Assembly: GCF_036321535.1 (NCBI RefSeq)
Contig: NC_087436.1
Location: 28,956,001 to 29,020,000 of the forward strand
DNA: 64,000 nt
Direction of reading: 5' to 3'
From: Camelus dromedarius
Taxonomy: Eukaryota
Positions 13,729 to 26,900 of the stretch are shown piece by piece. A program made the position numbers and the translations under genes. Position 1 is the first letter of the stretch. Each line of letters opens with the position of its first letter. The notes beneath the pieces are model-generated. The model saw nothing but the letters and a program-made list of their open reading frames with translations, searched no databases and was not told the origin of the DNA.

Positions 13729-14878
13729 TACATATATCAATGCAGGAGTAATGACTTCATGTAGTTGTTCAAAGCTATCAGTCCAAAGAAACAGATTTGT
13801 TTGGCCAGTCACAAACTGCAAATAAATCCTATGAATCAATTTTTAATAATTTTTTAGAATTAATATCTTCCACTTTTGAAGTTCTTTCATATACTTTAAA
13901 TTATGAAAAATGTATGCATGAAGTAAAGTTTTAAAAATATCATTCTATGATTTTCTTTTAAATCTAAAATTTTTGAACCTCTTCCAAACAAGGCCAAAAA
14001 CTAACCTTCAGAAATTGTGCAGAAAAGAGTATTTTAGATGAAAGATAATGCCCACAAACTTGCCCACTTCTGACCATTAAAAGGTTTTGATCACTTCTCT
14101 GCTTATGTTTGATGATGAAGGTGAAATACACTAATTAGGCTTTTTGCTGTTACTTGCTTAATCTTTTTCTTATCTAGATTTTAGGGAATGTGTTTGATCT
14201 TAAGATATGATTTAGAATAAATTTCAATGAGTACAAGATGGAATTTTAAAAATGTAACACATTTAACTTCTGATGAATTAGAAGTTTTATATAATTTCTT
14301 ATAACATCAATTTGGGATCTGCAAAGAAATATGTCAAGGTAATATATATATGAAGTAGCAATTTTGGTATAATTCCTATATAAATTTTGTTAATTAAAAA
14401 AAGATTCCAATAATAAAAAATATACAAAATATTTAAAACATCTGAAATAAAAAACTATTTAAAAAACATTTTATTTGAAGCATTTTTGTTCTGCAACATT
14501 TAACTATGAATTATTTATAAAACACTGCATAATTAGAGAAAGAGAACATCAATTTTCTTGAGCCCTATTTTAATATTTATTATGATAAAAGTTTGTATTT
14601 TCCAAAAGTGGGATATAAAATATTTTTAAAAGCTTTTTGGACTTTCTTATTAAAGAGCTGCTAATAGATCTTTTATCCAGTTGAAAGATTTTAAGTGTCT
14701 TAAATCAAAAAAAAAAAAAAAGAGAGAGAGAGAGAGAGAAATGGGTGAAGGGGGTATTTTAAAAAATCTAATTCCCAAGAGATTAACAACCCAGCCAAGT
14801 ATTAACAAACATCAATAAATAATTCTGAGAACAATGAAAAAATTTTAAGTTACAGAAGAACACAATTGTAAGAGCTAG

Positions 14879-15350
14879 TATATTAGCTAGGGTTCTCCAC
14901 AGAAACAGAACCAAAAGGACATACATATATACAGAGACACAGAGAGAGAGAAATTTATTGTAGGACTTGACTCATGCAATTATGGAGGCTGAGAACTTCC
15001 ATGATTTACCACCTGCAAACCGTAGACCCAGGAAAGCGAGTGTTGTAATTCAGCTTGAGTCAGAAGGCCTGAAAGTCAGGAATGCCAGTGTTCAAGGTCA
15101 GGACAAGATGGATGCCCAGCTCAACTAGAGAGAAAATTCATCCTTCTTCCATGTTATTGTTCTATTCAGGCCCTCAAAAGATTGGATGATGTTAACCTGC
15201 ACTGGTAAAAGTGTTTTTGTTTACTCAGCCTACCAACTCAGAAACTAATCTCTTCTGGAAACACCTTCACAGACACACCCAGAAATAGTGCTCCCCAGCT
15301 CTGTGGGCATCCTTTAATCCTGTCAAGTTAACAGCAAATTAACCATCACA
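14879..15350 (-). mobile_element. ERVL solo LTR (MLT2 family)
   Basis: Antisense MLT2 hallmarks 'tattagctagggttctccacagaaacagaacc' ... 'cacagacacacccagaaat...ttaaccatcaca'; near-TSD GCTAG (14874-14878) / GCTGG (15351-15355). Confidence 0.9.
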
Positions 15351-15827
15351 GCTGGGGAATAATCTTGACCCCTAAACTCTATGTTTTAAAATTCAAAAGA
15401 GGCTGAGAAAAGAATGAATTTTGGCAGATATGTATTACTCAAAAAAAAAAAAGTGATTAAAAAAAAAAGAGGCAATTATAAAAAAAAAAAGAAAGAGAGA
15501 GAAAAAAATTTTTAAGTGATTTGAAGAGAAATTCAAGTCACCTAAAACATTATACCAATGTTTTTACCATAGTACACAATACATGGGCCTGACTTGGCAC
15601 TTACATCTCTGTAATAATAAAATTTGAATTACTACAGTCTTATGAAAACAACTCTTGGAACTCAATACTTCAGGATCATTAAAAGAAAACTGTGAGTCTT
15701 TTGTAGAGAAAGAAAGAATTTATTAACTACTAATATTTTTTTATTTGATAATCTTATCATTTATAAAATTAATAATTTAGCATTCTAATTTTAATATGAC
15801 TTTCACAAAAATTAATTACTTTACCAA

Positions 15828-16075
15828 GGCAGCAGAATTATAATGGAAATAATACTAGATATGAATTTAAAAGCACTACGCATCGAGTCTTGTCTTCCAT
15901 TTTCTAGTTCTATGGCCTTCAGCAAGATACTTAAGCCCTCTGAGCTTTAGTTTCTTTGCCTACAAAATAGGGATATGAAAATAGCATGTATTTCATGAGG
16001 TTAAATTAGGTAGACTTACCTAGGTCAGAAAAGAGATATTTGTTAAGTGAGAATTCTGTAAACGCTGAATATATT
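15828..16075 (+). mobile_element. MIR SINE
   Basis: Core 'ggccttcagcaagatacttaagccctctgagctttagtttctttgcctacaaaataggg'. Confidence 0.75.
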
Positions 16076-17899
16076 AAAACTAAAAAACTTAAAAATCATT
16101 GAATTAACAAGATTTCAGCCATATAAAAGGTAAAAGCAGGAGAGTCTGATATTAAATATAGTACTCTAATTCCTATGGAAGTGATATGAAGTATTCATAA
16201 TATGCCAATAAAATCTGTTTTTTTGATTAACCTATGTATGTCATAAATTAATTATTATATTATAGTTGATCCAATTTTTAAATGCCAGTTAAGGACAGAA
16301 TCACACTCATGGCCACAGTGGCCATTAAGTGCAGCTTTCTATTAAAATAGGAAAAATTATTTTGGCTTAAATTTGTTAATATCTGAACATTTTCCAGGAT
16401 TGACTGAGTGAAATTTCTTAATCATTTACTTGATATTTACATTTACCAGATATTTGTTTTCCTCCCAATCAGTGCATTCTATTGTTTGTACCATCTAGAT
16501 ATGAGAAGTGCAGAGAAGCTGAACTATTGATGCCAGAGAGCTAAGAAAGCTAATGTAAAACCAGTGAAAATTTTTTAAATACTTCTTTTTTCTTATATAG
16601 TTTCGAGTATAGTGACCAATAAATTATAGTGTATATCTAAAGAAACTGCAAAGTATGAACAAATTAAAGTATATATGTTTGTGATAAAGCTTTACTTTTT
16701 AAATATAATTTATGAATTTAATATTAGTATACAAGACTTGTAAACTTTCATTGACATTTATGGCCAAGATATTAAAAAAATATATAAAGTTATGGATTTC
16801 AATATTTTAGTTGTATATTTTCAGCCCCAAAGAGCCAGATGTATATGAAACATAACAGTAGGGAACAGGTTGAAAGCATTTGTTTTTAAAGTACTTTGAA
16901 CTAAAAGATATATGCTTATGGAAACTCATGCTACAACATAATGACTAAGGAAATTTCCTTTAAAGGAAAGCATATTTTATTATGAATTTCACTAGTAATT
17001 CAGTAAGCAAATTTCCTTTACCATTACTCAATAATGTTATTTTATATAAAATTAATTTACGTGTCAAAATAGTTTATTAAAATTTTCCAATTTGTAAATA
17101 CGTTTAAAGGTACATATAGTAACACAAATTGAGGCATAATATGGTCCTCTAAATTATCATGTGGAGTTGGGTAGAGATCAAATATTCAATATTCTTTATT
17201 CTATATAATATTCAATATTCTACATGGTTTAAGCTAAAAGTAAATATGACATCCAGTATTGCATTATTTATCTTAAAATCGATTGCTGGAACCATGTTTG
17301 CATTCTCAAGAAAAGTCCATTTTAAGTGCTGGGGATTTATATTCTCTCTCTTTCCTGTTTTGTAGTAATTTTAGTACTTCCGTAGTTGATTCAGTAGTCA
17401 AGATGAGCTTATCAAAAACAAGTTTCACTGAATTGAAATCACTTTGTTTTAAGATGGGGTTTCTACTTTACAATCAGAAGGAAGTCTTGGATACAGTAGA
17501 TTTTGTTTTCTAGAAATAAAATACAGCTGGCTAGCTATTTGTCAGAATTCTGTAGGGATTCTGGGAGTGGATAGAGAGTAGATTGATCTCCCAGTGTGGC
17601 CTCTCCCTGGTCTAATAATACCTGATCATGTTTTTTCCCTGTTCTGTACACTGGATTTTTTTCTGTTCTGGGACAAGGGCTGCGAGGGTTGTGTCACTTG
17701 TTCAGTGATATGACTTCAATTGGAGTGTCCAGCTCCATGAGTTCCTCTGCTTTCCCACTCATGTCCTATTATAGTTTTGTATTCCACTCGTTTACTTGAC
17801 ACAGATTAATAATTAGCACTGAACTTTGAACTTAATTCCAGTATAAAGCCAACATAAACTGATATGTATAGAGAGAAACAAAATATGTGATAAAATCTT

Positions 17900-18830
17900 C
17901 ACTGCGAACACGGCTGGACCTCTCATATCTTGTCTTGACCTTGGCCCTTGGTGTTCTGTATGCTGTCTCTCTAGACACACAGAGGGTGTTCAGTTACCTC
18001 TATGCTCTGTAAAATGATTATCTCCTGCCTAAGTCTTATTAAATGTCATGTCCCCATATACATTTATGAATCATTTTACCTTCAAAACCTATGCTCCTTA
18101 TGACAGCAAAGGACAGTGGTCCTTAAGTTACAAACTTTGGACTTGTTTTCCCCTTGCTCTTAACTCCTAACACAGTTACTAATTTCTATCAATTTCACCT
18201 CCCAGATTTCTCCCAGTGTGATTTAATTTTCTCAGTGTCTGTTGTTTCTGTTCCTATTCTGGCCACTATCTCACCTGCCTTGCAGAAACAACCTCAAATT
18301 AGTCTCTCTGGGCTTGGTTGTTAAACCCATCATTCAATCTATCCTTCACCCAGTGCCAAACTTATTATACCGATCTTTTGTTTAAACCCTTTAATTGTTC
18401 AGATTTAGGTCAAAACTTCTTAACATGATTTACAAGTTGTTCAGAATCAAGACCCAGGGCAGCATGCTAAGTATGTTTCTAAATTATTTTCAGTACCACT
18501 GAAGTGCCAGGTTCATTATGTTCTAGCTCAACTTTTTACCTCTGAGAAGGCTATTTTCTTTCTGGGAAATGTTTTCCCCTGACACTCACCTTCTTTTACT
18601 TTGATATATACTCATCATCAGTTTAAATTATCCTTCCTTGGGATTGCCTCCCCACCTCTAGCACACTCAGTTTTGAACATTTCATAAGTGAATTTATGAA
18701 ACCTTAGGGCCAAACTTCTACGCTGATAGGAGAACTTGCCCTTATTTGCAATTTCTTACTTACTTGTTCCTTTCTCCTAGCAGAGTCTTTGGTACAGAAT
18801 GAGCACACGGTACCATTTGTGAAAGGAAAG
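17900..18830 (+). mobile_element. Degenerate L2 LINE
   Basis: L2-like tracts 'ttcaatctatccttcacccagtgcc', 'aaaccctttaattgttc...aaaacttcttaacatgatttacaag', terminal 'cctagcagagtctttggtacagaatgagcac'. Confidence 0.6.
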
Positions 18831-19879
18831 GAGGAACGGAGAAAAGGAGGGAAGGAGGGAGGAAAAGAGGGAGGGAAAAAAGAACAACTGAAGTAAGAAG
18901 AAAAGAAATAATGTTTTAATCAAATAAGAAATACTTAGCTGAATTATCAACCTACACTTCATTTGTAAGAATTAATTCATTTCTAATAACTAAAGTATCA
19001 TCTTTAATAAAATAAGCATATTTTCATTTTCCTCAATATTGAATGCTAAGAATGACCACCAATGACATTTTTCATTATGTAAAAGTTATAGACAAATGTT
19101 TGCTTTTTCTTCTTTTTTAGTGTTAGTTCTTAAAATCATGATGTGCTACTCATTGGAAGAAAAACTCATTGAAAGGAAAAGAAAAAAGATATCCCAGGTG
19201 ATAAAGTTGCAATTATAATAGAAAAGTAGAAAACAATCTATTTGATATCTTTTCTTCAGTAACACTACAATTTTTTAATATTTTAAAAGTGTTATTTTAA
19301 GTGCTATAATCAGGTATTTAATTGAACAGAGCTGACAAAATATTAAAACATGTTAATATATTTGCTTGTTTGTTCAATACTTTCACTAACTCAGTGAGAG
19401 TCATATGCAAGCTACTAATTTACTCCACTGTGTGATTCATTATTACAGAACACTATTTAATTTGAAAATCTCAGAGATAAGGTGATGATAGTCTGTATAA
19501 ACACATAAGTTAAATTATCTTGCTAATATGAAACTTAGAAGGTAGACTCAGAACATAAAAGACAAAGTATGGGAAAGCTAGTTAGAAAATACTAAGACAG
19601 ACTGATTTATAAAAGGAGAGAGAGAAAAACTCCTGCAGTATTCTTATTCCAACTTGTTTTCAAATGCAGTTCCCAGGTCAGTGACTTCAAACGGCTGATT
19701 TTTATTCACATAATAAATATTGAATCTGTATTTGGTAATCAGAGCTTAGTAATTTTTGTGACCAAAGTGTGAATTTAATTTGAAAAAAATTGTATATGAG
19801 TCTCAAATAAACATGTTAGCTAAACTATCATTTAAAAATCATCATGGACACTGTAAGAAATCAACATCAATTCCTGAAA

Positions 19880-20330
19880 GCTGTGTTGTAATCGTGGAAA
19901 CTTTTCAACTACAAGTGAGACACAACTAATTTGATATGTTCTTAAGCAAGAAAGGGGATTTCACAGACCCATCTCTCTCCTTCTTCTCTCCTTCCCTCCA
20001 TCACTCTGTTCATCTTTCTTTCTTTTTCTCATCTCTCTCCCCCTTCCCCATCCCCTTTTCCTCTTACTACTCACCTTTGTCTGTCATTTCCGGATGTTTC
20101 TTCTTTTTTGTGCAGACCAGCTTCTTCAGCTTGGCCTCGATCAGGACTGCCAAACACCCTAGCACCTCGTACCGCCACTACCAGGAAGGTAGTGCTGGCT
20201 GCTATCCTGGGAAGGATGCTGATTTGCCCAGTTTGAGTCAGATGTTCAGGCCTGACTTATCCTTAGTTCAGGCCAAGCAACTGTGCTTGGGGGAGGGAGT
20301 AATGACTACCTTAACTTCCAAGCTTCTTTC
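19880..20330 (-). mobile_element. Old MaLR LTR (late MLT1-like), interrupted by L1
   Basis: 'caactacaagtgagacacaactaatttgatatgttcttaagcaagaaagggg' and 'gatgctgatttgcccagtttgagtcagatg' resemble antisense MLT1K/L/N; probably resumes near 20700. Confidence 0.55.
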
Positions 20331-20347
20331 CTTTGTATCTATTATGA

Positions 20348-20690
20348 TTTTATTTTATTTTTATTGAAGTATGGTCAGTTACAATGTGTCAGTTTCTGGT
20401 GTACGGCATGATGTTTCAGTCATACATATACATACACATATTCATTTTCATATTCTTTTTCATTATAGGTTACCACAAGGTATTGAATATAGTTCCCTGA
20501 GCTGTACAGAAGAAACTTGTTATCTATTTTTATGTATAGTGGTTATCATTTGCAAATCTCAAACTCCCAAATTTATCCCTTCCCACCCTCTTTCCCACCA
20601 TAACCAGAAGATTGCTTACTATGTCTGTGAGTCTGTTTCTGTTTTGTGCGTAAGTTCATTAGTGTCTTCTTTTTCCTTTTTGGGGGGATT
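20348..20690 (-). mobile_element. 5'-truncated L1 3' UTR, camelid/artiodactyl type
   Basis: T-rich tail, then 'ttattgaagtatggtcagttacaatgtgtcagtttctggtgtac...attgaatatagttccctg...tctgtgagtctgtttctgttttgt'. Confidence 0.85.
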
Positions 20691-23009
20691 CTAAGGTAAA
20701 ATCTCTTATCTAAACCACATGTTTGAGAGAATTTCCAGATTCAAAGGGTGATGTTTTTGTCAGACAGATGGTCTTTTACAAGGTTTTCTGGATTATATGA
20801 GAACTGAAGGAGGCAAAGATAAACCTATGACATTTTTCTGAGGAATATTTTCTAAAGATACATAACAATGCCGATATATCAAGGGACGAACCAAGGCTAT
20901 CTCTCTGTGAAGTGATCTAAAATTAACTAGAATTAGTCAATACGTCCATTTAAAGCTGTTTATAAAAGCTACTTCCTTCTTGTTCTCTTTGTACTGTCTG
21001 AGCTCACTTTGCCTGACAGCAAACTATGAAACCTTGGCAAACTTACTTTCTGGCATTCACAGGGGAGTTACACACAATCGAAGCGCAGAAGGCCATGTTC
21101 ATCCCTGTTCTAGGGGAGAGTGAAAGCAAATAAACAGGCTTGCCAGGGCGTAATGCCTCACAAACCCACTTCTGGTCTGGGAGTTTGCCCAGGGTAGAGG
21201 AATGGATATTTGGGCAACCGTTTTGCCCACTTCCATCTCAAAAGTTTGTTTACTCTTCATGACTCGTGAGAATATCTAAATTCTCATAGTGCCTTAAGTT
21301 CAGATCCACAAATGCATTCCGTCTTTCATTTCCATTGAATCATAGTATTATCAATACTTAAAACATTTTGAGCCTTTATAATTGTCTAGGTATTATGGAT
21401 AGAATGAGCACTGGTTACTCATTGCAATACAGTTTAACCCAAATAATCCCCAATTCTACTCTATATTTAACTAAACGGGCACTTATTTAAGGTCCCCTTC
21501 AAATATCAACCTCTTTGTGCTGCCTGCTCTGTACTAGTCCGAAATCATGGGCTCTACTTCTCAGCCCCTATAGAACTCACTTGGCATGCCATATATCACC
21601 TAAGAGTTTTACACGTATCCTCTCTATAACTGATCGGCCATGTACTGGGGACCTGAGGTGAGATAATGTGTCTTCAACTTTGTGTATGCCAAAGAGCATC
21701 TAACAATTGACTTGCATATAAATCATACAAAAATTTTTTTAAAAACCCTTACTTTCTTATAGTTACTTTTGATCTAAATTAATTACAGGTAATTTCATAG
21801 TAGGATTAAAATATTCTCAAGTAATCATTTTAGTTCTAGTTAAGGTTTTACCACCTACCTCCTTGGTGCTTTTTTAATTGTAAGGGATGAAAAAGATGAA
21901 TTCAAATTGGAAAAGAGGGCTATGATAGCCTAGAGAATGTCTCCACCAGATAAAAACGAAAAGTAAAATAGAACAGGCCTGTTCCGAGAAGGAGAGAAGG
22001 AGAGTAAGGGGGGATAGTTGTAAGGAATTCATATAATCAGACAAAGATGTTCCTGCTCCTATCCTCCGAGACCAGATCCTAGAAAGTGAGATGTTGCATG
22101 ATTCAAATAGAAAGACAAGAGACTGTACCCTGATCCACTTCTGGAATTTTGTGAGAAGCCCACTAAGTAGGCATTCCCAGATTAAGCCAGAAGATCTAAA
22201 ACAAACTAAAAATGACAGCATGACGTGGCAGGCTGAGAGAGGACCAGAGTAGTATTGCAAAGGGCTTTACAGGTTCTATTCATCAGGAAAATGATCCTCA
22301 AATTTCCAGCATAGCTCAAGGTTGAGTTGAGATACATAGGTGTGTCATGCAAGGAGAGAGATGACGTTACCCTGAAGGGTGATAATGAATGGACGTTCTA
22401 ACCCGGGCGCCAGGTGGAGGACATGGCTGAAACTCAGGAAGAGTCTTGGCGATTAAAACTGGATTTGGCAGGAAGAAGCACTGGGCACTCACCCAATGAA
22501 AGAATGGAAAATTTCATCAGTGGTCATCTTGACAGATACAAGTACAAGCAATTTGGAGACCACTCAAGCCAACAATCTTGGAGCTGAGTCCAACTCAAGG
22601 ACAAAGGAATAAGCTCTGTGTTATGTTATGGAGTCTCCTCCTCCATCCAGGGGTTGCAGAAACTTTCACACTCAGACAGCTTCTGGGAAAGGCAGAGAGG
22701 GAGAAGGAGGTGGCTATAAAGAGACTGGTTAAAATACAGAAAAATTGCCTCAAATAATTGCAGATCAAGATACCCTAACCAGAATGTTTAAGAATCTCTT
22801 CACTCCAGTAACAACAGAGGGGAGGGATTCCTGAGAGTAGGTTTAGAAAATGTAAAACAAATAATAAGTTGTTGTTTCCTTCCCATTTAAATAAAGGGCA
22901 ACAAATTTGGGGTCCTGGTGCAGTTTTAATCATACCTGCAAGGGGTAAGTATTCAAGCATCTTTGTCAAATGTTCTAATTCAAAGTTAGGGGGAAATGTG
23001 AATTAGGCT

Positions 23010-23260
23010 CTTTGGCAGAGACTGGGATATGTCTCCCCCAATATCTACCCTCTCCTACCCCTTTAGAATAAAAACCTCTAAGTGTTTTGGCCAAGTACAT
23101 AGTCATTCAAAATGAATTATTCAGTTCCTGGCAACCACCTTACCCGGAGATGTGACTGAGTTCTGGATAGTGAAATATGTGAATTGTTGAGTGACAGCTT
23201 CTGGAAGAAAATCCTTAGCCTTCAGTGTACCAGGAAATAGCCATCACCATCTGGCTCCAA
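23010..23260 (+). mobile_element. ERVL LTR fragment (LTR16-like)
   Basis: 'tggcagagactggg...ccaatatctaccctctcc...atgtgactgagttctggatagtgaaatatg' resembles the LTR16 5' half. Confidence 0.6.
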
Positions 23261-23674
23261 AGGACTTTTTGAATTTTGAAGTCATTTTATATATAATGTA
23301 GAGTAAGAATGAAGGGATAGTAAAAAAAAAAATCTTTATTAGAAAGTTTAATAAAAAGTAAGTATAATAAACCTCTTTGTTTCACGTATATCTTGGAGCA
23401 CAAATGTCGTAAAGGCCGAAAGGGTACTGCCATTCTTCCTTGCAGCAAAAGAGAGCAGTCTAAGTCTTCTAGAAATGTATTGTATGATGAAGTCCTTCTG
23501 TTGAATGACTCCCTTGATAAGGATGTCATATATATTTTATTTACTAAAAAATTTATATTTTACAAATTGATTCTTACATTTGAGAAAATGCAATGAGGCT
23601 ATTGTAGCCTGAAAATGCATAGTCTTCAGATTGTGTTTGTGGGATCAATTTTACTATCATTGCTAGAGTCTAGG

Positions 23675-23978
23675 AGGCTGCTGTCGATAGAATCATATGA
23701 GACAAAAGTGTAATTTTAAAATTTCTTGTAGTCACATTGGAAATGTTAAAAAAAAGATTGAAACTATTTTAACAGTACATTTAATTTAATTTAATACTTT
23801 TAAAATATTATCATTCCAACATGAAATAAATATAAATTATAATGAGATATTTTGCTTTCTCTTGTTTCATACAAGTTTTCAAAACATGATGTGTAGTTTA
23901 TGCTTACAGCACATCTTGATTTGAGTACATTTCAGGGGCTCACTAGCTACATATGGTTCTTAATAGCTCAGTGTAGCT
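23675..23978. mobile_element. MER33-like hAT-Charlie MITE
   Basis: 'ctgtcgatagaa...tgtaattttaaaatttcttgtagtcacatt...cttacagcacatcttgatttg...acatttcaggggctcactagctacatatgg'; flanked by TCTAG-containing target-like sites. Confidence 0.75.
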
Positions 23979-26900
23979 CTAGACAATTTTATGTCTCCTT
24001 GTGTTTATCTTCTAATGATTGCCAAACATCTAATGTCACCAATTTTATTCTCTGTGCCCTTATAGGTGGAAAATGAGAAACTCTGAATTTCCAGTTGTGT
24101 TCAATGAAAGCTAAAAGCAGACCATTGGTTAGTTTCCTTTGTACCTTCTTGAAGTAATAATATAATACCGAGAACAACTGAATAATAGCCTGGTGATATT
24201 ATTATAGCATCTTTTCATATGAGTTTTTTTAGCATAGTTTAGAATAACTGCTGAGTGATGAAATAATTCCTAAGATGATGGCAGCAAAAAGTTTCAAGAC
24301 ATCCAAAAAATAAGTTAAGAACCCATAATGTATCTGAGATTTATAAGAGAATCCAATGAATTCATACAAGTAATTGTAAGATACAATGAATTTTATTCTA
24401 ATACTAAAAAAAACTCACTGGTGTTCAGAAGACTCCTAGAATATTGTTCATGGCAAATAGTTTAAAATGTTCAAAAATAAAAACAAAAACTAAAATTAGA
24501 TACATTGCACATTATTAATATACTGAGGGTTAAAGACATATGGTGGACCAACTTGCCAGTTTGTCTTTGTCCATCCCTTTATTCAACTGCCTAGAATGTG
24601 ATTAATTTCAGACACTATAGCAGTCATCTCAGCCCGGAAGCACAAAGTGCACACACTCGGAAATATTACATTGTTAGATGAAAGAATCTGGTTACCAAAA
24701 AAATGTCTGGTTACCCTGACTTTTTATCATGAGAGACGTTACTTGGCAGTTGTCATCAATACGGCTTTCTTACATAATTATTGTGTACCAATAAGGATGT
24801 TGCCCATGTTTTTAATACTATTCCACCATTCAAAGACACTTTCATATAATAATAAAGTCAATACTGAATTACACTGAAAAAACTCTTATTAAAAATATTA
24901 TTCACCTAACTTTCAATTTCCTTCTCCTTTCCTCTCTGTGCTTGTTTAATGACTGTCCAAACAATTCAAACATTAATCAAGATTTCTTTAATTTTTAGGA
25001 CTACACTGAAGCTGAAATGGTGAGAACTAGTGAATAATAATCATATAAACTGAAGTTTATTGTAAAAATATGGACAGATTTGTGAGTAGGTGAAAATTCT
25101 ATCAGTGCGCTTATTGCTATCTCCAAAATAGTGCTGGCTTATTCAAATAGGACTATAGTTGTTACAATATGATGTTTGCCCTTTGATTTTTGTGTGCTTT
25201 CTTAAGTCTGGGCACTGTGTTATGTATATTTGTTTCACAGTCGAATATGAATAAAACATCAGAAACTAAGTTATATGTTCAGGTAATATAAAATTGGCTT
25301 GACCTCTTTGTAAATATCATCAAATCTAGCAGAAAAACACATTTTCTTTATTTCCAAACTAGAGGGTGGTTTCTTTTGAAATGAATAGGTCAAGCTGCCT
25401 ATTGTACGCATTTTAAAATATGAATATAGGGAACTACAAAGAAGAAAGAGAGCGTGTAGGTCAGGTTAATGATCCTTTGCTTATCACAACCTGACCAACA
25501 TCTATAAATGTTAAAATATGTTTCGGTTATTTCCTAAAGCATTTCAAGTATTTGAAAGCTTGGCACAGAAATGCTATTTCATACTACTGTTTTCTAAACA
25601 CTCAGCCCAATTTTCCTTTTGGTGTTCACACATCTAAGGAAATATGTAAACACTGGGTTTATGACTGCAGGGTCTTATAGGGAAAGAATTAGAATGACTA
25701 AGTCTGAGAGAAAAAAAAAAGATTTTGGGGGGGTGAAACCAAAGATGAAATGAATTTTTCTTAAAGAGAAACAATAACCAGAAGAATCATGCTTTTTTCT
25801 TTAATCAAAAGCGTTTAGTCTTTGTAACCGTAGCACAAAATGAGAGGTGAAATTCACAGATAAGTTAGGATTTTGAGTTTTCATGTTTTGATTATTCCTA
25901 TCTAGTACCTGCAAAATACTTGAAACCAATACTGTTCGTTCATCTTAAAAACAAATCTACTTCTGAACAGTCTCTCCGTTTGAATTAATTTATTGGAAAT
26001 TAAGAGGCATAGCAACAAACAGAGGAGACAATGACTGCATTCTGAGTTCTGCCCTGACCTTTATCTTTCAAAACAGTAACTCTCCAAAATTTCTGAAAGG
26101 TTAACTAATCTCTTAAAAGGTCACCTGTCTTTAAACTAGCTCCAGTATATAAATGCTTTTCTGCCTTCCTGGAGCAATTCATCAATAACTCATTAAAATA
26201 GCACTGTTTCTTTCTTGAAGTTTTTACTTTCTTGCAAGGCTATTTCCTCTCAGTCAATATAACATTTAATGTATATCATAATTTATGAAAATATGATTAT
26301 ATAAGACTATTATAGTGCTATTCAGTTAATTAAAACTATTGATTGAGTACATAGTATATGCCAGCCACAGATCTACTTGCTAGGGAAAGAAGGCAAAGAG
26401 AAAGTCACCAGAAGAATCGTTTCTCATGATGTGTGTTTGTGTATACTGAGTGTGGGGTACATCAGCATGTGCTATTTAAGCCAATATAATGGCTCATAGA
26501 TGCTTTGAAAGATAATATACTTATGTTAATAATAATGAAATTGATTTAAACATTTTCAAAACTATTTTTTTTCTAACTCACTTGGGAACCACTCTTAATA
26601 TAAATGTAACTTAATACAAAATTTTATCTTTGGAGGTACAACTGGATATTTTAATGTGATCGAAAGGCATTAAAAGTTGAATGGGCCAAATAAGGTGGCT
26701 ACAGTAGGTTAAAAGGGCTCCTATTTGCAGACAAGGATAGGATTTTAAAATAATGACACGGAATTTGCCTTTATGTTCTACAAATTGATCCAAAGTATAT
26801 TTTTTGTTATTGTCATTGTTCTGATGGAAAAAGAAATATTTTTGTCGAATCCTTGTTGTTTATTGTTTAAAAATGAATCTCACTAAATCCCACTGATATG

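Noticed and set aside
17181..17221. 15-bp direct repeat AATATTCAATATTCT
   Set aside because: Low-complexity slippage duplication with only an 11-nt spacer.
23287..23596. Overlapping ORFs on both strands in unique sequence
   Set aside because: No recognisable protein and no convincing splice-site pair.
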